Below are positions 24,424-37,705 of a DNA stretch of 64,000 nt, piece after piece. Where the stretch lies: NCBI GenBank assembly GCA_951406725.2, contig OX597839.1:18352001-18416000 (forward strand), written 5' to 3'. Numbering within the stretch: the stretch's first letter is position 1; each line of letters starts with the position of its first letter. The translations under genes were made by a program, and so were the position numbers. This DNA comes from Octopus vulgaris. Its lineage: Eukaryota. The notes beneath the pieces were generated by a model. It ran no database searches. It was not told where the DNA came from and saw only the letters and a list, made by a program, of their open reading frames with translations.

Positions 24424-25156
24424 ATACATATTATATATATATATATATATCATTTATATTATTATGTGTGGTTAGGGCACTGGACTTACAGTCATAGGAT
24501 TGTAGTTTCAATTCCCAGATCGAGCGTTGTGAATGATCATTGAGTGAAAACACTTAAAGCTCCACAAAGCTTCAGCAGGGGATAGTGGTGAACCCTGTTG
24601 TACTCTTTCACCATAACATCTTCTCACTCTTTCTTCCTGTTTCTGTTTACCTGCATTTCAAAGGGGCAGCCTTGTCACACTCTGTGTCATGCTGAATCTC
24701 CCCGAGAACTAGGTTAAGGGTACACGTGTCTGTGGAATGCTCAGCCACTTGCACGTTAATTTCACAAGCGGGCTGTTCTGTTGACCGGATCAAGTGGAAC
24801 CCTTGTCGTCGTAACCGTCAGAATGCCATAATATCACGTGATCATGTGACAGACCAGGCTATCAGATGTTGCTACACATCGCTGGTCACAATGTGCTTTG
24901 CATTGTTTTAGCCTTCAAATGGTGCCACCTTGCTGGCTCAGCAAGCAGGCCAACAGAAGAAAGAATGAGAGAAAGTTGTGGCGAAAGAGTACAGCAGGGA
25001 TTGCTACCACCGCCTGCCAGAGCCTTATGGAGCTTTAGGTATTTTCGCTCAATAAACACTCACAACGCCCGGTCTGGGAATCAAAACAGGGATCCTACGA
25101 ATGTACAATATATATACATATATATATATATATATACATGTATATATATATATATC

Positions 25157-25209
<53 letters not shown>

Positions 25210-25973
25210 TCACATATACATATTATCATATATATATATATGTTAACACACACACACCACAGGTGGCGAGCTGGCAGGTTTGATAGTGCATTGGACAAAG
25301 TACTTAGTTGCATTACTTCTGGCTCTCTGAAGAATGAGTTCAAATTCTGGTGAGGTCAACTTTTACATCCCGTTGTGAGCTAGTAAAATAAAGTACTAGT
25401 CAAGCGCTGGGGTCAGTATAATCGACTTGTCCTCTCTCATCACAATTTCTGACTTTGGATCCCACCCCAGACCAAGCATCCCATGTAGAAGTAGAGGTGT
25501 TGTGATTTTGGTCATTTATATACCATGGAACCAAGTAAGCAGTCCTGTGACCTTAGTACTATGGCTGTGTGGTAAGAAGTTTACTTCCCAACCACAAGGC
25601 TCCATGTTCAATCCCACTGTATGGCACCTTGGGCAAGTGTTTTCTACTATGGTCTTGGGCTGACCAAAACCTTGTGAGTGGATTTGGTAGACGGAAACTG
25701 AAAGAAGTTTGTCGTATATATGTATATATATGTGTGTGTATATGTTTGTGTGTCTGTGTTTGTCCCCCCAACATCGCTTGACAACCGATGCTGGTGTGTT
25801 TACATCCCCGTAACTTAGTGGTTCAGCAAAAGAGACTGATAGAATAAGTACTAGGCTTACAAAGAATAAGTCCTGGGGTCAATTTGCTCGACTACAGGCG
25901 GTGCTCCAGCATGGCCACAGTCAAATGGCTGAAACAAGTAAAAGAGAGAAAAGAGTATATATATATATATATA

Positions 25974-26759
25974 TCTATAAATAATTGTATATAATAAAAA
26001 CCTAATAAATTTAATCTTTCATATTTAAAGATGAAATAGCTAATTTCAAAATACAAATAAACTAACTTTCAGAAATCTTATGTAATACTTTTACATAAGA
26101 TTTCTGAATGTCCGTTTAAGTTAGTTTATTTGTATTTTGAAATTAGCTATTTCATCTTTAAATATGAAAAATTAAATTTATTAGGTTTTTATTATATACA
26201 ATTATTTATAGAGATTATTTTAGATCTTGATTATAATATTTATATATATATTTTCATTGATAATTTATATATATTAGTCATTTTAAATATTTATGTAATT
26301 AGATATAGACTAATATTGATATTAGATTATGGGTTTCCTACCTTATGAATTAAAATTAATATTTAACATTATAGTCGATTTGGATATAATCATATTTGAT
26401 AATAGAGTTTATTATAAGTAAAATTATTATATTATATATATTATTTATATCTTAAAAATATTGATTATATTTTAGATATTTAAACCACCTGATGAATGAC
26501 TGTAACTCGAAAATTTAAAGAAATTAACAGCCATGAAACGATCGTAGTGTTATATTAATTATATTTTTTTAATAATTTTGTTATATATTTAAATAATATA
26601 AATTAAATAATCTTATGTATTGGCTTAAGTTTTTCATTGTATGATTTGCCTAATAGTGGTTTTATCTCTAATTTAATATAATATAATATTTTACTATAAA
26701 ATTAGATTTAATCCTAAATCTGATTCTTCCCTGTAAGTTTGGATTTATTCCCTAATATT

Positions 26760-26765
<6 letters not shown>
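25974..26765 (+). mobile_element. AT-rich hammerhead element with a 5' fold-back, related to 23968-24386
   Basis: Fold-back 25974-26211, hammerhead at 26486, 3' end ...TTTGGATTTATTCCCTAATATTTATTAT then (TA)n. Confidence 0.7.
26486..26549 (+). ncRNA. Type I hammerhead ribozyme
   Basis: CAC CTGATGA ATGACTGT...ACAGCCAT GAAA CGATCG TA GTG. Confidence 0.75.
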
Positions 26766-26803
<38 letters not shown>

Positions 26804-27084
26804 CTGTGAGAATTAGAGGTTGGGAAACCAACCGAGGGATAGTACCACCATTGGATGAAGTAACGTGGATCCTGGAATACATCATGGGAAGTTTGTTTCT
26901 TATTTCCCCTTACTATACCTAATTCATTTTAATTACTTCTCTCACAGCCTCATGTTTACTCCTATTCTTTTCCTTCCCTTTTTATTAATGACAAATACAC
27001 TGTACGTATTGTTAACTGTTTATTATATGTATTAGACCTCCTTCAGAAGAAACCATTCCCCACACCACTTTCTCTAAACTTGGC

Positions 27085-27831
27085 AGATTTCTTGAGGTAC
27101 TTGAATTTTAGCCGATCTCAATGGTGGCAATGGCATTACGAATCCTTTGCTTCAAGTCAGCAATGTCCCGTATCTTTGTTTCATATACAATATCTTTTAC
27201 ATAAGCCCATAAAAAGAAGTCCAAAGGAGTGATATCTGGCGAACACGGTGGCCATAGAATTGGCCTATTCCTTCCAATCCATCAGTCTGGAAATGTTTGA
27301 TTGAAGGACTGACGAACATGCCGTCCCCAATGTGGTGGTGCACCATCTTGCTGGAGAATGATGGTTGTAAATCAATCAGTTGAGGTGCCACATATTCGGT
27401 CAGAGGGTCGAGGTAAACATCTGCAGCAATTGTTGGCTCGTTGAAGAAAAATGGACCAATTATTCGATTGCACATGAATCCACACCACACATTCACTTTT
27501 GGACTATCCCGTTGAAGCTCCCTAGTCACAGGGGGGTGGGGGGGTGTTCTGATCCCCAGATTCTCACATTGTGTCTGTTTAATTTCTCTGAAACATGAAA
27601 GTTGCTTCGTCACTAAAACAAACTCGCTTGAGGAATGCTTCATCCTCATTTTATAGGGTTTCAGAGAATCAGTTCCCTTCCATCAACAGAGTATGTGAAA
27701 TGCAAAAAGTTTAATATCAATAAAAACTTTAATAAACAATTATTAAAATAAAACAAATCTGGTTAAAATATCTCATCAACTGCCTTTGTAATAATTTTTT
27801 TTAATTGTAAAGATACTTTATGGACACCCTG
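27085..27831 (-). mobile_element. Decayed, internally deleted Tc1/mariner-superfamily transposon
   Basis: Minus strand encodes SPKVNVWCG...IIGPFFF and, after a frameshift, WPPCSPDITPLDFFLWAYVK. TIR TACAGGGTGTCCATAAAG at the right end. Confidence 0.85.
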
Positions 27832-28398
27832 TATATGTATATATATATGTGTGTGTGTGCACTAATGTATAGAGGCTGTATGATTAAAAGCAATCCAGAA
27901 ATGGCCATCATGTCATTTAACATATCAGAAACTACATTCTCCAATGTGCCTGTTCATTTCTGACACGGCAGGATACAATCTGAAGGAAATTTGTCTGCTA
28001 TTTCTAGCAGATCAAGCGACAACAAAATGGCTCACTTGTTTGCACTTCCTGTAGACGTTATCAGTAAGCCACAAAATGTAGCACAAGATGTAATTGGGTT
28101 AGTACTTTTCAGGGTATCATTGTTCTGTATTTGGGTGTTGTGTGAGTAAGATTGCCAGAATTACGGCAGTTTTGGATAAAATGCTTTGCAGTATTTTCTC
28201 CAGTGCTGTAAATTCAGAGTTCAAATTCCGCTGAGGTTAACATTTTTTCTATGAGGTAGGTGTGCCTGTGTTTTTAGAAGTTTTCTCCCCAATCACATGG
28301 TTTCGAGCACAGTCCCACCATGTGGCACTTTGGGCAAATGTCTTCTGCTATAGCCCCATGCCGAACAACATCCTGTGAGTAAATATGTATATATATAT

Positions 28399-28459
<61 letters not shown>

Positions 28460-28565
28460 CACACATGTATGTATATGTATATATATGTATGAATATGTAT
28501 ATATATGTATGAATATGTATATATATGTATATGTATATATATATATATTTATATATATATATATA

Positions 28566-28853
28566 TTAGTGGTCAACTCAATGTGACACTCCCGTAAGGG
28601 AATTACACCACCGCCATTTAGCCCTAGGAAACATTGACGTCTCCTGTCGGCTTTGACACAATTTCTGTGTCCTTATATTTGCAAAGGAGAGGCAATGACC
28701 CCCACAAGCCAGGACAAGGCACCTGAAGACATATGTTTCTGAGTGTATTGCTCATCGTCAGTTCAGGGTAGCCTGCCTCACTCGCTGAGATGACTGCAAC
28801 CTCGACACAGAAAATGTGTCAAAGCCAACAGGAGACGTCGATGTTTCCTAGGG
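28566..28853 (-). mobile_element. Diverged sister of the 363-bp hammerhead repeat, with a partial inversion, abutting (TA)n
   Basis: ACACCACCGC..TAGCCCTAGGAA.CAT.GA..CTCCTG..GGCTTTGACACA.TTTC..TGTGTCCTTATAT shared with 17099-17177. Inverted arms 28622-28671 and 28805-28853. Confidence 0.75.
28722..28767 (-). ncRNA. Minimal type I hammerhead ribozyme
   Basis: Reverse complement reads CCTGAA CTGACGA TGAG-CAATACA-CTCA GAAA CATATG TC TTCAGG; canonical core, GUC site. Confidence 0.88.
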
Positions 28854-30454
28854 TCCATATAAGATTTTTGGGGGTTCACATAATAAAATAGCAAATTGGT
28901 AATTCACAATAGTATTTTAAGGGCCTCTGAAAAATTTTTTTATTTAGGGTGACCCTATCAGTGCAGGTGTCACTTAAAAGTACCCAGTTCACCCTGTAAG
29001 GTGGTTGGTGTTCAGAAGGGTATCCTGCTGTAAAATCCTTGCCAAAATTGACCTCACCTGTGCTTTGTGTCATGTAAAAAGCACTACTGATCTTGCCTGC
29101 GCTTGTGCCACGTTAAAAGCACTAAGTCCACCTTGCTGAGTGGTTGGTGTTAGGAAGGGCATCCAGCAGTAAAAGTCATGCCAAAACAGTCACAGAGGTC
29201 TGGTGTAGGCTTTTGCCTGGTTAGCTCTTGTGAAACCCTCCCACTCACGCTAGCAATGAAGGCAGATGTTAAACAATGATGATGATGATGTTGATGATGT
29301 ATGTATTGGTATGTATGGCAAGAAACAGGTTTCTTTCTCTTACATTTCACATAGTCCAACCTACACAATGTGTGAAAAACAAAATAGGTATTTTGAAAGA
29401 AGTTTCACTAGTTTTAAACATTGAATGTCTATGGGGGTCCACGTGAATAAAATAGTAATGAAAGGGGTCCATAGATAAAATATGGTTGTGAACCCTTGCT
29501 ATAAACATTATACTATATACATGGTACCGTATGATATTCTTGCTTGGTTAAGCTATATGCAAAACAACCAATAACAAGAGTGTGTCGGTATAATACTTAA
29601 TTTTGCTTCATTCAGCTACATACTGTGAGGGAGAATACGACCGACCCTCCAACGTCTGTCTCCTTTCCCACTTAAACAGGAAATCCCTTTATCTGCCAAC
29701 TAGCTCACTTCTAGCTAGCCTGCAGTGAAGTTCCTGTTTACAGTTCATCTACAATCGTTGGGCAGTGCCCTACAATATATTTTAAGAACTTCAAGTGGGT
29801 TAATAGGCGTAAAGCAGACTCTGTATTAAGTTTAAACTGTTAAATACAATTTAGTTCTTTACTTTTCATAGTTTGATTTATATTTCAAGTAGGTTTTTAA
29901 GCTGCTTCCAGAAAACTGGAAAATCCAGGAATCTGAGCCATTTCTGGTCTGAAGCTTGTCAGATAATTGATTTGGTACAGTATCACATAGTCTACAAAAA
30001 CATAGTCTTCTTTAGGACCTATTGTTTCTGTATACCAAACTTCAACAGTACCCATTCACACTGCCACTAACTCTTCTTAATATTTTGCTTTTTGTTTACT
30101 ATCAACCTGTCTTCATCATATTCTTTTTTTTTTTATTTGTTTCAGTCATTTTGACTGTGGCCATGCTGGAGCATTGCCTTTAGTCGAGCAAATCGACCCC
30201 AGGACTTATTCTTTGTAATCCTAGTACTTATTTATCGGTTTCTTTTGCCAAACTGCTAAGTTATGGGGATGTAAACACACCAGCATCAGTTGTCAAGTGA
30301 TGTTGGGGAGACAAACACAGACACATAAACATATACACACACGTACATATACATATATATATATATATTTTTTTCCATTCCTGAGCATTATACTAATACA
30401 TCTGTTGGTTTTGTACACCACTTGTCTTCGTCTTTTGTTTTTTTCGTAAACTCT

Positions 30455-30500
<46 letters not shown>

Positions 30501-31206
30501 CAGGCTTCTTTCAGTTTCCATCTTTGGTCTGCCCGAGGCTATAGTAGAGGACACTTGTCCAAGGCGCCACGCAGTGGGACTGAACCCAGAACCATGTGGT
30601 TGGTAAGCAAGCTACTTACCACACAGCCGCTCCTGCGCCTATACATATGTACAAAATTCTAATAGTTCATTTCTTATTTATATCAGTCACATATACTGTT
30701 ATCCATCATTATAATTTTTACCAGTTTTATTATTACTATTGTGTGAGAGAACAGTGCATGCCATCACAGTCACACTGGGGTAAAATATACAAAGCCCAGT
30801 AAACCCATCATGACTACTCATCTGTTAAGGGTAAACCGGGCACATGCATCACAACCATATGTGCATGACATGGTGATCTGATATCAAATTAAATAGTGCA
30901 TGACTTTGCAGGTGGGGCCCAGTTAGGATTTTCTCCAGGTCGAGTAGCCCATCCCGCTCAAAAGGTCCCTGAATTAGGGTTGTTTAAGGATATTGAATGA
31001 AACATCCATGTTACCAAGGGAGAATTCTCCAAACCCCAAAGAACTCTCAACAAATGGCTATAATGCTCCCCTACTACTTCTGTTCATGATCAGAGATACA
31101 CATACTGTCAGCCACCATGGAACATGCTCAACTGGTTAAGGTCAAACAACTGACAAGCAAATCTGTGGTATTGAGCAGAATATTTACTGTAACCCATCTT
31201 TTATAC

Positions 31207-31276
<70 letters not shown>

Positions 31277-31662
31277 TTTAATGCCGCTGAAGTTGACTTC
31301 ACCTTTCATCCTTTTGGGATCAATAAAATATGTACCATGGTGGTAAGCTGGCAGAAATGTTAGCATGCTGGGCGAAATACTTAGCGGTATTTCATTTGTC
31401 TTTACATTCTGAGTTCAAATTCCGCTGAGATCGACAAAAAGAGACCGATAAAATAATAGGTTTAAAAAAATAAAATAAAAAATAAGTCCTAGGGTTGATG
31501 TGTTTGACTAAAACTCAAGGTGGTGGTACCCCAGCATGGCCACAGTCAGATGACTAAAACAAGAAAAGATATATATGCATATATATATATATATTGATAG
31601 AAATGGTAAGACAACAAAAGAAAGAAAGAGACCTTGATATTATGTAAATAGAGGAATTTATC

Positions 31663-31822
31663 TGTAAATGTAATATGTGACAATTATTTGGTAGCCATGA
31701 TAAAACTCTGAGTTTCGGATGGGCAGATAACGGAAAAGATGGCAGCGTGGACTTCCATCTCGGCATCCGAAACTCGGAGTTTTATCATGGCTACCGAATA
31801 ATTGTCACATATTACATTTACA
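31663..31822. repeat. Fold-back inverted repeat (probable end fragment of a hammerhead element)
   Basis: ~57-bp arms 31663-31720 and 31764-31822; both end internally in CATCCGAAACTCRGAGTT. Confidence 0.65.
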
Positions 31823-32145
31823 TATATATCATCATCATCATCGTTTAGCGTCCGCTTTCCATACTGGCATGGGTTGGACTGTTCAACTGGCGTCTGGGAA
31901 GCCAGAAGGCTGCACCAGGCTCCGGTCTTATCTGGCAATGTTTCTATGGTTGGATGCCCTTCCTAACGCCAACCACTTCGTGAGTGTAGTGGGTGCTTTT
32001 TACGTGCCACCGGCACAGGTGCCAGACGAGGCTGGCAAACGACCACAATCGGATGGTGCTTTTTACTTTACATGCCACGTATATATATATGTGTGTGTGT
32101 ATTTGTACACATACACACATATTTGTGTATATTTATACACACATA

Positions 32146-32176
<31 letters not shown>

Positions 32177-32559
32177 TTCCCTTCTTTCCTGAGCGTCAAT
32201 AATACTTTAATTGTTCCACGTCCTGCGTTGCTGTGTTTTTTTCTTTTTTTTCTCTTTTTTTTCTCTTTTTTTCTGTGTTTTCTTGTTTGGATTAACTTTA
32301 TATATATATATATATGTATGTATGTATGTATGTATTCTTGGTCATACACACATGACCCGCCCACCCCATGGCTGAATCGAATACCGGGTTGATTTCTACT
32401 GCCAGTCACATTCAATTTTTAATATCAATTTTATGTAATTTTCCTCATTTTACTTTTTTAATAATTTTTAATTTGTATTTTTATTTTTCATTTCATATCA
32501 TTTCATTTTATTTTATTTTATTTTATTTTTCTCTTTCCCTTTCCTTCTCCCGATCTCGA

Positions 32560-32651
32560 CTAATCAACGCCGTGAATGGAAAAGCCAGGCAGCCAATGGC
32601 AGGCGACGTCTGATCGCCGAGTGCGGAGTCGTATCTAAACCAGACGCAAGG
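32560..32651 (+). promoter_or_regulatory. CpG-rich candidate promoter / 5' UTR
   Basis: Local CpG enrichment, AGCCAATGG (CCAAT box) at ~32591 and GACGTC at ~32605, directly before the ATG exon. Confidence 0.45.
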
Positions 32652-32678
32652 ATGGCCGCTATACCGCCGCTATCGCAG
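32652..32678 (+). CDS. Candidate first coding exon (MAAIPPLSQ) of an unidentified gene
   Basis: AGGATGG start context, 9 codons, then a CAG|GTAAAA donor. No downstream exons recognised. Confidence 0.45.
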
Positions 32679-33067
32679 GTAAAACGGTTCACTCTTATTT
32701 CAATGTCGATAATCCATTCCCATTATTGCTATTAGTATCATCACCATCCACCTGTCGACCACACAGTGTCAGATCTTCTTCATTAGCCGCCGCAATTGGG
32801 GATATTTCTTTAAATGACTTTGTATTAAACGATAATGATCAGTGTTTTTTTTTTTTTTTATTCATCCCTCCACCTCTAAATATATTCATAGCAACACACT
32901 CGTGTGTTTATATATATATATACGCATATTTATGTATATACATAGACAGGCATGTATAGAGATATATATATATTTACATCTATATAAATGCTGATACGGT
33001 TGTCCGATGAATTTGACGACGACGGGGAATATTTGCCTTCCATTTCACTGGCATTTATATATATATA

Positions 33068-33115
<48 letters not shown>

Positions 33116-33552
33116 CACTCACACATACATACATACCCTCACATCATTTGTTAAACCCCAAAACGTACAAATATATATATATACGTATATGTGTATATAT
33201 AGGCAGGTGTGTATATGTATATATTTATATATGAATGCATGTGTATATATATATATCGGTGCTCCAGCATGGCCACAGTCATTGGACTGAAACATGTCAA
33301 AGAAAATAAAAGAAATATATATGCATGTGTGTATATATATATATATACGTATGTGTATATATGTATACATATATATACTCATACATACATTCATATGTAT
33401 GTATGTGTATATAGGTACGTACGTATATATGAATGTATGTATGAGTGTATATATAATTATACATTATATGAATATATGTAGGAGTGTATATGTGAGTATG
33501 TATGAGTGTGAGTATATATACACACACACACACACGTACATTTATATATATA

Positions 33553-33600
<48 letters not shown>

Positions 33601-34710
33601 TCCTCTCTGTGCATATATAATTTATATATATCCATCTATCTATATCGGACAGGAATCACCAGAAATGATTTGTCATTTTGTTTTCTTCCCTCTAATGGGG
33701 AGGGAAGATGCAACAATCGTTCTATTCATCCTGTTTGAACGTCAATGTCTCGCTTAATTGTTGTTCAGTATATTTGAATTCAATTAGAAACGATATCTGT
33801 CCACCCGAATGCATCAGTTATGTTAGGTCTGAAACGGGTTTCAAATAGAAATTGGCAATCAACCGAAGTCTGGGGAATTGCTTGTCATTGGTACCCACCC
33901 ATCAAAACTGACAAACATCACTACAACAGGAGTAGCCTCTATGTGGTCGCCTGACCTTCTAGAAACAACAACCAAAACCTTCATCAAAATCATAGCTAGC
34001 TATATTTAACGAGGAGAAATTCTCCCTCTCTCTCTCTCTCTACACACACACATGGTCAATTTAGAATTGCTCTATCGTCATGTGTTTGAAATTAAGAAAT
34101 ATTGGATGGTTGGATGGTCATGGACAGAGGGTCTTTTATCAAATGTCTGTCTGCTTAACAACTCTAATGACAACTCACTTTATCAACTATGAAAGATAAT
34201 GTTCATAATTTTCGCTTGCGTAGGCGCAGTGAAGTTTAATCTAATATTATGTAATGTTATATATATATATATATATGTGTGTGTATGCGTATATATATGT
34301 GTGTTTATTTGTGTGTATATATATATATGTGTGCATGTGTATTTATGTATGTATATGTGTACGTGTGAATGTATATTTGTGTATGTATATACAAATATAT
34401 CTATGTGTGTGTACGTTTCTAAGTCGGCTATGATTCACTAGACTTCGGATCAAAGGCGTTCCATCCATGATTGTCCCGTCTCTTTTCAGACAGAGATCGT
34501 ATGTCTTCATATATATATATATATATATATTCTTGTCAATAGCAGAGAGAGGTTTGGAGGAATGTGTATATATTCCTGTATAAGTAGCATGTGATTTATA
34601 AAGGTATCTATTTGCTGTTATTTCTGAAGCCTCGAGCGACTGTGTAGAGTGCCTCCTTTTCTTCTTCGTTTGAACGATTATACACACACATTTACATGTG
34701 TGTATGTATG

Positions 34711-34762
<52 letters not shown>

Positions 34763-34869
34763 GAGAGAGAGGTTTGGAGGAATGTGTATATATTTATAGT
34801 TTCGGACGAATATGTATATATATATGATATATATGTGTGTGTATACCTACCTATCTATCTGTCTATCTG

Positions 34870-34900
<31 letters not shown>

Positions 34901-34935
34901 GTCTACCTGTCTGTCTGTCTGTCTATCTATCAGTC

Positions 34936-34992
<57 letters not shown>

Positions 34993-35641
34993 ATATATAT
35001 ATATATACATATATATAAATATATATACATATATATATGTATATTAAAGCTTTTAACGAATGTATATACACACGCTTGGCTATACATGCACCTTGGACAA
35101 ATATAATAATGTGTGTGTATATATATGTATATATATATATATGTCTGTTTGTGTGTGTAAACACCCTCCTCCGCTTTGGATATATACACTTCAAACAATT
35201 ACACGAAATTATCTTAACGACACTGATATTGTGTTGCTTTTAGTTTTAATTAGAAAAAAAACAACAACAAATTAACGGCGATACACACTCGAACCCAAAT
35301 CCAAATGCTACTTTAGATGATGATGATGTTATGTATGTGTTATATTTCTGTAGTCCTTCTTCGACCTGTGACTTTCATGTGATTGATATTTACAAGCTAT
35401 TTACACATCACTGAATTTTTTTGCCACTTATTATATTTAATAATATTTAATGCGGAATATTAATATATATTTGTTCCACGTCCTCGCGTTGTTGTGTTTT
35501 TTAGTGCTTTCTTGTCTGGGTTAACTTTGATTTCACTTGAATGAAACAGTTCTAGTCCTGTAGAAGCTCCTTCTATAAAATAAATTAATTTACTCTGCTA
35601 TGTATTGAGTACCTTATTTACTGTGGTTCAACCCGGGACCT

Positions 35642-35688
<47 letters not shown>

Positions 35689-35748
35689 GTTCACTTCTAG
35701 AAGGGCAAGCAAGGATCCCATTTCATAATTTTCATATATTACTGGTTG

Positions 35749-35796
<48 letters not shown>

Positions 35797-35881
35797 TCCA
35801 CATACATATACAAAATACATAATAGAGTGTGTATGTATATATATACATACATACACACGTGTGTGTGTGTATTTATTTTAG

Positions 35882-36001
35882 GGATCTTTTCGGTTTGAAC
35901 GGCAGTTTTTAACATAATTTCTAGGTAACTAAAAAATTTTTAACTTCGTATACTGGTAGAATGTGTTTATAAAACATCTTTTTTCTCTACCGAAAAGATC
36001 C
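35882..36001. mobile_element. Short MITE (same family as 48610-49035) with 8-bp TSD
   Basis: GGATCTTTTCGG...CCGAAAAGATCC flanked by TATTTTAG on both sides. Confidence 0.75.
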
Positions 36002-37665
36002 TATTTTAGTACATATACACACTTCGTATGTATATTGTATTTGTGTAGTATATGTATATATACATACATTGTATGTACATATGTATTTTGTGTATGTATG
36101 TGTGTTTGTCCAATAATAAAACGTCGTCTTGTTTACAGAAGGCGTGGGTTCGATTCCCATTGGTAGTCTTCGACTTTTTCTATCCAAAGGGGATTTTGAC
36201 CCAATATTTGCATGCTATTGTTCATAGCTTTATCTGCTCTCGAGTTATAAACGGGATTCTTTCTCGTTCTCTCGAAGTTTCTTAATTTCTTACGATGTGT
36301 CAGTAGTTCTTGGAACTGTTTATAAATTATTCTCCGAGTTTTTTCATTCATAAAATCGAAGCAAAAGGAGGAAAAAAAACCCCATAATAAACGAACCGAC
36401 AAAGATGTCACAATGTAGTCTCTCAGTCCTGCTAGAAACACCAGCTAAGTTTCTTTCATGTCATACATTAACCATCTTAAATACGATAACTTCTAAGTAG
36501 ATAATTTAGAAACCGTAGATTGTATACCTACACAAGTGTACCCCAGCGATTTTGTTCCCTCATAACTTTCAGAAAAATTGGTATTTTCTATATGAAATAT
36601 TCTACTACTGCTTTTCAGATGGTGCTGAAAAGATTACGGTAATACCGGAATTGAATGTGAGGTGGGGAGAGAGAGAAACATTGGTGTGCGTAAAAATGAA
36701 ACTTGAAATTTTATATTTTGTAATGTGTCAGTATGTATGTGTGCGCCCATCAAATTTTTTTCACATTAAGTTCCAATTTAATTGTAACCCATTTGGAGAA
36801 GATTTCATTAAAAACGGACCCATTTATCTGAAAGTTATCATCGTTTAACGTCCGCTTTCCATGGGTTGGACGATTGACTGAGGGCTGGCGAACTAGATGG
36901 CTGCACCAGGCTTCAATCTTGATCTGGCAGAGTTTCTACAGCTGGATGCCCTTCCTAACGCCCACCACTCCGAGAGTGTAGTGGGTGCTTTTACGTGCTA
37001 CCGGCCGTCGAGTTGCTCGATTAAAGGCGGTGCTCCAGCATGGCCACAGTCAAATGACTGAAACAAGTAAAAGAGAGAATAATGTATGAGAAACTTAGTT
37101 GTCGAGTTTTGAAGAATATTTTCAGTTCTTACTTTGCAGTTTATAATCCTGAGCTACAACCATACAAACGAAGAAATGTATATTTCAAACATGTAGCATG
37201 TGGAGCATGGTCATCCATACATACAGTCATGTCCTCTGCAGGTACCTGTGCCACATAAAATGTGTTGGTGCCACGTAAAAAGCACTCATGCTGATGCTAC
37301 ATGAATGCATTCCATGCTGGTGGTGTGTAAAAAGCACCCAGCACACTCTGTAAAGTGGTTGGCATGAGGAAGGGCATCCAGCTGCAGAAGCCATGCCACA
37401 ACAGACAGCTGGAGTCTGGACAGCTCCCAGCTGGCCAGCTCCTGTCAAACCGTCTAGCTGTCCAGACTCTAGCTGTCTGTTTTGGCATGGCTTCTGCAGC
37501 TGGATGCCCTTCCTAATATAACACACACACTCACGCAGGTGAGCACATAAGTGCAAAACAAGGTAGAAAAGATAGTACTTGAATACCAAACGTAGAGTAA
37601 TATGCTTCTATTAAAGCTGCAAAATTATTACAAAATTGTTACTCAGAGTATCATGTTCCACCACA

Positions 37666-37705
37666 ACTGTCTGACAAAGAGAAACAGGAAACTCTGAATA
37701 ACAGT
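37666..37705 (+). ncRNA. Decayed hammerhead within a fold-back (~37610-37732)
   Basis: ACTGT CTGACAA ... GAAA CTCTGAA TA ACAGT. Stem I is intact, the core is CpG-decayed and stem II is disrupted. Confidence 0.45.

Noticed and set aside
32652-32678. PPIL1 assignment from the MAAIPP start
   Set aside because: Only six residues match and no cyclophilin exons were found in the window.
36133-36441. 102-aa minus-strand ORF and an overlapping plus-strand GGCGTGGGTTCGATTCCCA tRNA-like 3' half
   Set aside because: No recognisable domain or clear splice signals; the tRNA similarity covers only the T-arm.
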